Shown here: one piece after another, positions 59,514 to 64,000 of the stretch
Numbering within the stretch: the stretch's first letter is position 1
Layout of the letters: each line of letters opens with the position of its first letter
Assembly: GCA_043821365.1 (NCBI GenBank)
Contig: JBDRCX010000006.1
Coordinates: forward strand, 288,001-352,000
Origin: Candidatus Micrarchaeota archaeon
GTDB lineage: Archaea; Micrarchaeota; Micrarchaeia; Anstonellales; Bilamarchaeaceae
Length of the DNA: 64,000 bases
Direction of reading: 5' to 3'
Program-made: the position numbers and the translations under genes
Notes under the pieces: generated by a model
What the model was told of the DNA's origin: nothing
Database searches by the model: none
What the model saw: the letters and a program-made list of their open reading frames with translations, nothing else

Positions 59514-60260
59514 GTGAAACAAAACCAAGTTATGGTTAAAACTCGGATTATAAAAAAGCAGGATAAATCTTACATTGAATTACCTTCCGAGATGGCCAAA
59601 TATGATGAAGTTGAAATTTTTTCACTTAAAGAAGGATATTATCTTATCTCGGTGCCATTGGGTGAAACCCACGGGTCAACGTCATCTACAATAAACGAAA
59701 GAGAAAAGGCAGTTTTGAAAAAATTACTATCGATAAAATTTGAGAATAGAACCCCCCCACATATATCTAAAGTACTTGATGATGACGAGAGAAATGTTCT
59801 CGAAGACTTAGGAAAAAAAGGCTTAGTTAATCTTTTCAAGGGCCGTAAATATGTTGATGGTGTTTATAGCATTCCAACCAGCACATACACTCTTGTTAGT
59901 GGACAAAGTCAACAACCAAACCAACCTATAGGTCCAATTGCAGTTTTGAATAGTCGTGGGTTTCTTATTGTTAATGATAAGCGCGAAGCACACACTCTCT
60001 CTGAGAAACTTTCACAGGAGATGAAAAAAGGGGCATTTTTGGGGGTAAAGGGCTTTGATAATAAATTTTACATCGTCAGTAGAGACTATTTTACTTCGGC
60101 AAGGGTAAGGATTATTGATTTTCTAAAGCAAGATTCTGATATTCAATCAATAGTTTCAACAACAAAACTTGATAGTGACGGGTGCAATGCAGTTTTGAAA
60201 ATAATGGCAGAAAATGGGGAGATTATTGAAAAAAAACGCGGACTTTATGCTTCAGTTTGA
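59514..60260 (+). CDS. Hypothetical protein (AbrB-like N-terminus and wHTH segments)
   Basis: SYIELPSEM N-terminus; 248-aa ORF coupled to the HD gene. Confidence 0.6.
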   Translation: MKQNQVMVKTRIIKKQDKSYIELPSEMAKYDEVEIFSLKEGYYLISVPLGETHGSTSSTINEREKAVLKKLLSIKFENRTPPHISKVLDDDERNVLEDLGKKGLVNLFKGRKYVDGVYSIPTSTYTLVSGQSQQPNQPIGPIAVLNSRGFLIVNDKREAHTLSEKLSQEMKKGAFLGVKGFDNKFYIVSRDYFTSARVRIIDFLKQDSDIQSIVSTTKLDSDGCNAVLKIMAENGEIIEKKRGLYASV

Positions 60261-61387
60261 GGGGTTTCATGATAATTAAAGACGAGATTCACGGTACAAT
60301 AGAATTCGATGAACTTGAAGAAAGAATAATAGATAGTGTGCATTTCCAAAGACTCCGTAGAATCAAACAAATGTCCATAACTAATCTTGTTTATCCTGGA
60401 GCTAACCACACGCGTTTTGAGCATTCGATAGGCACTGCTCATCTTTCAAAAATTATTGCTCAAAGAGTTGGTCTTAATGAGGATGAAATTAGAAAGGTGA
60501 AACTTTATGGTCTTCTTCATGATATTGGTCACACTGCGTTTTCACACGAAGGGGAAGATGTTGTAAAAAAGTATATTGGTGATCATGAACAAATTGGCAG
60601 GAAAAAAATCATTGACGGTGAAATTGCAGACATTTTGTCCGAAAATTTCAAACCGATTGAAATTGCAGATGTTGTAAAATCAACAAATGGCAGCATAATC
60701 GAATCTGATCTTGGTGCAGATAGGATGGATTACCTAAAGAGAGACGCTCTTAATACTGGCGTGGCGTATGGCATCATAGATATCGATCGGATTGTACACA
60801 CCATAAAGATGGATAAAAACCAATTATATATCGAACAAGGTGGTCTTGAAGCGGCTGAAAACCTTCTCATTGCAAGGTTTATGATGTTTTCAACTGTATA
60901 TCTCCATCGCACAGTTAGAATCGCAACTGCAATGCTTTATCGTGCAATTGAAAATGCAATAGCCGACGGAACTATTGCACCCGAACGTTTCATTCAGCTT
61001 GATGATGAGAGTGCAATGGCTGAAATATCCAAATCAAAGATCGGTGGAAAATATGCAGATGCACTAGCAAAACGCCATCTTTACAAAGAAATTTATTCTT
61101 TCCATAAAAATAATTGGGATCCGGATAAAGCAAAAAAATTAGAAAGTGAGTTATGTCAAAAAACCAATCAGGATGTACTTGTTGATTATCCTCATCAATT
61201 TTTCAAATCTGTTGAATTTGAAGTTAATACTGATGATGGATTAAGACCAATTACAGAACTATCTAAACTTGTTCAATCACTAAAACAAACCGAAGAAAAT
61301 CGTATGAAGATATTAATACTTGCAGAAGAATCAGTAAGAAATAAGTTTGGTGAAGAAATAAGAAAATTCATCCAACTGTCATGCTAG
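60257..61387 (+). CDS. HD-domain phosphohydrolase (dNTPase/SAMHD1-like)
   Basis: QRLRRIKQ, HTRFEHSIG, LLHDIGH, ADRMDYL.RD. Confidence 0.92.
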   Translation: MRGFMIIKDEIHGTIEFDELEERIIDSVHFQRLRRIKQMSITNLVYPGANHTRFEHSIGTAHLSKIIAQRVGLNEDEIRKVKLYGLLHDIGHTAFSHEGEDVVKKYIGDHEQIGRKKIIDGEIADILSENFKPIEIADVVKSTNGSIIESDLGADRMDYLKRDALNTGVAYGIIDIDRIVHTIKMDKNQLYIEQGGLEAAENLLIARFMMFSTVYLHRTVRIATAMLYRAIENAIADGTIAPERFIQLDDESAMAEISKSKIGGKYADALAKRHLYKEIYSFHKNNWDPDKAKKLESELCQKTNQDVLVDYPHQFFKSVEFEVNTDDGLRPITELSKLVQSLKQTEENRMKILILAEESVRNKFGEEIRKFIQLSC

Positions 61388-61529
61388 CAACATGAACTAT
61401 TATTACAAATACGAAAACTGCCACTATGAATGCCTTTGGATCAAATTCAATTCCGCTTAATTTTGTATCAGGTGACATACCGACTATACCGGCAGATGCC
61501 ATCGGCATTGTTATTGTGTCTTTTGCCAT
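61368..61529 (-). CDS. secG: Preprotein translocase Sec61beta/SecG subunit
   Basis: PMASAGIV...IEFDP followed by a single TM. Confidence 0.85.
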   Translation of the reverse strand: MAKDTITMPMASAGIVGMSPDTKLSGIEFDPKAFIVAVFVFVIIVHVASMTVG

Positions 61530-61583
61530 AGGTCGCTTTGTAATACGAATGATATATAAGCCTTTGTCATTCCATAATACCTC

Positions 61584-62327
61584 ATGGGAAATGTTTCTAT
61601 TCATAAGACAGTGGACATGAAAAAATTAAAGAACCCGACAATAATTATGGGGTTTCCTGGTACTGGTTTAGTTGGTAGCGTTGCGGCATCTCAACTTGTC
61701 GAATCTTTGCAGATGGGTTTTGGTGGCTATCTTTCTAGTTCTGATTTTGCTCCTTTGGCTGCAATTCATGATTACAAACCAATGCCAGCAGCCAGAATTC
61801 ATTATTCAGAAAAATTCAATATGATTGTTATACTTTCAGAGATGACAATACCAATTGCATCTTCTAATGACGTTGCAGATAAGATATATGATTTTGCGAA
61901 ATCTGTTAATGCATCGTGTATAATTTCACTCGGTGGCATTTCTCTTCAGGACGAAAAAAAGGGAGTTTATGTTGTATCAAGCGATGCAACTGTAATTAAA
62001 GATATCATTAATAAGAAAATTGCCAAACCAATAAAGGAAGGCGCAACAACTGGAGTCACTGGTATTTTACTTACAAAAGGAACCCTTGAACATTTCCCGA
62101 TCACTACTATTTTAGCAGAATCTTCAGAGGAATATCTTGATCCAAGAGCTGCTTCAAATGTACTTAAAGTTCTCACACAAATGATTGGAATTCAAATTAA
62201 TACTACTCGTCTTGATAAAGAGGCATCTGAATTCGCAAAAGACATCCAACAAGCAGTTACAAAAGCAAGAATATCAAAGAAAAAGGGTGGGCCACAGGCA
62301 AGTGAAGGTGGCTCAATGTATGGCTAA
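61584..62327 (+). CDS. PAC2 family proteasome assembly chaperone
   Basis: GFPGTGLVGSVAA, IISLGG, DPRAAS, L.KEA. Confidence 0.88.
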   Translation: MGNVSIHKTVDMKKLKNPTIIMGFPGTGLVGSVAASQLVESLQMGFGGYLSSSDFAPLAAIHDYKPMPAARIHYSEKFNMIVILSEMTIPIASSNDVADKIYDFAKSVNASCIISLGGISLQDEKKGVYVVSSDATVIKDIINKKIAKPIKEGATTGVTGILLTKGTLEHFPITTILAESSEEYLDPRAASNVLKVLTQMIGIQINTTRLDKEASEFAKDIQQAVTKARISKKKGGPQASEGGSMYG

Positions 62328-62358
62328 CCTAATTAAATCTCTTTAACATATAACCATT

Positions 62359-63339
62359 ATGCTTCGCGTTGCTCATGCTACACAAAGCAGGACAGTGCGA
62401 GACTCATCTATCTTTCCAAAAAAAATGTTCAGAACTAGTTTTGGTGTTGATGTTGAATATCTTATGATTCCAAAGCATTCTAGTGGCATTGATCCAAACA
62501 GTCCTACAATTATTTTTTTCAATGGATTTATGCTTCGTTTCTCACAATGGGGGTTTCAGATGCCTAGATATACTGTAAAACACAGTTTGGAAGGGTTTTC
62601 AAATTATAATCTTCTTTTTTTCAATAATCTTGGTCATGGCCATAGTGAAATTAATGGAACAACTACCCATGAATATCTAAAACACTGTGCACAGGCAGTC
62701 TATGAACTTATCCATAGTCTTGGGGCAAATTCCAGAATATTTACTGTGGCACATAGCATGGGAAGCCCGATTTCTTTAGAATTTCAACGTCTTACGGAAG
62801 ATCAAGTTGAAGCAATGGCATTTGTTTCTCCAGTGTTTTCTAATCCATTAAGGGTGTTTCCTCATGCTGATTTTGTTGAACCAAGACTAGAAAGGATCCA
62901 AACTATTCTTGAACGTGCTCATGTCGCATCTACACTTACAAAAACACTCGGGGTGGTGGCATCAGATCTTCCACTTATGGTCTGTCATGCTTTATTTACT
63001 ATGAGAACTGGAAGCAAAATCCGTCGAGAAGCATTTACAAAAAACTTGCAAAAATCATTGGAATTAGATGTTTCTGTTTTCGTTACTGCTCTTCTGTCAC
63101 TGATTCAAACTGGTGATGAAATTGGTTCAAGACTTAGTAGAGTAATACTTCCAAAAAAAGTTATTCTTGGTGATAAGGATTTCATAACTGATAAAAGCAG
63201 GACAGAGCAGATTGTTAGGGAATTAGCACCAGACACTTCAATTGTTGTTATGGAGAATACTTCACACTGGGCAAATTCAGAAAGGCCCAGAAGTGTTAAT
63301 AGAGAATTAGCTGCATTTTTTGATTCTGTGAATCTGTAA
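62359..63339 (+). CDS. Alpha/beta hydrolase
   Basis: NNLGHGHS, AHSMG nucleophile, GDKD, SHWAN.E.P. Confidence 0.82.
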   Translation: MLRVAHATQSRTVRDSSIFPKKMFRTSFGVDVEYLMIPKHSSGIDPNSPTIIFFNGFMLRFSQWGFQMPRYTVKHSLEGFSNYNLLFFNNLGHGHSEINGTTTHEYLKHCAQAVYELIHSLGANSRIFTVAHSMGSPISLEFQRLTEDQVEAMAFVSPVFSNPLRVFPHADFVEPRLERIQTILERAHVASTLTKTLGVVASDLPLMVCHALFTMRTGSKIRREAFTKNLQKSLELDVSVFVTALLSLIQTGDEIGSRLSRVILPKKVILGDKDFITDKSRTEQIVRELAPDTSIVVMENTSHWANSERPRSVNRELAAFFDSVNL

Positions 63340-63696
63340 TCAAACCACTATGGTTTTTTCATTAAGTTTAGCTAACATCTCAATTAATTTTGTTGAATAT
63401 AACGAATATCTACTTCCTTTTTCAGTTGCTTTTTTTGCCTTTTTTCTCTTACCTTCAAGTGCCAATTTAAGTACTCTTGCTGCACATTTGTGGAATTTCA
63501 TATGTATTTCTTTTATTTTACAATATTCTTTTTTGTGTTCACTGTCCAAATAATTAAGCCATTTGCCTAATATGCAATTCTTATCACTGTTGACACTCTT
63601 AACTGTGAATTTCGATTCACCTGTTTCTATTGCTTCGTCTAATAATTGCTTCCAACGCATGTGAGATATTATGGCTTCATTAATGATGTCTCTCAT
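63340..63696 (-). CDS. Stand-alone CZB (chemoreceptor zinc-binding) domain protein
   Basis: H.RWK, CILGKWL, H..FH 3His-1Cys pattern. Confidence 0.85.
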   Translation of the reverse strand: MRDIINEAIISHMRWKQLLDEAIETGESKFTVKSVNSDKNCILGKWLNYLDSEHKKEYCKIKEIHMKFHKCAARVLKLALEGKRKKAKKATEKGSRYSLYSTKLIEMLAKLNEKTIVV

Positions 63697-63798
63697 AACT
63701 ACACCTAAAAAAAGTCTATTTTGTTAGTGTGCTCAAATATATTTAATTGTTACACAACTATAAAAATACCCAATTCCAACTAATTTTGAGGTGAAAAT

Positions 63799-64000
63799 AT
63801 GTTTTGTAGAAAATTTGGAAGGGGTTTAGAAATGCAGGAATCCATTTAGGCAGAAGAAACCACAAATTTCTTTGTTAACTGATTTTGGAAATGATGAAGC
63901 GGTTTATCTAATCAAGTCTGCCATTGGTTTTATCTCCCCCAGAACTCTGATTGTAGATATAACTCATTCTGTTCCAGCATGTAATATCCTTGTTGGAGCG
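63799..64000 (+). pseudogene. SAM hydroxide adenosyltransferase (chlorinase/fluorinase family), partial and apparently frameshifted
   Basis: ISLLTDFG...IVDITHSVP...GA read from 63842; the ATG at 63799 is in another frame and stops at 63847-63849; truncated by the window end. Confidence 0.65.

Overview
AT-rich archaeal chromosome segment. The gene set and compact organisation suggest a DPANN lineage, probably Micrarchaeota-like (inference). Core genes include glmM, tbp, rpoF, rpl21e, rps26e, xpd, rfcL, hef, lhr, korAB, map, pth2, uppS, purP, purB, glmU, ade and secG, plus four intron-containing tRNAs (Val, Arg, Phe with two introns, Leu with a D-loop intron). Many orphan enzyme-like genes are interleaved, mostly on the + strand. 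Most notable: (1) three free-standing LAGLIDADG endonucleases, each directly upstream of a translation gene; the one at pth2 is flanked by an orphaned 5' fragment and a codon-diverged intact copy, suggesting an element that supplies a replacement 5' end for its target; (2) a family of ~50-bp palindromic elements inserted in frame inside two proteins with target duplications, with related hairpins beside tRNAs; (3) a 15-kb envelope locus where a VirB4-like ATPase operon converges on a Tat-like giant protein, a candidate beta-barrel protein and a Cys-rich repeat adhesin; (4) a glutamine synthetase homologue that has lost nearly all catalytic residues; (5) an 86-bp perfect nucleotide repeat between the two halves of TBP. 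All calls are from motif reading by eye; no searches were run.
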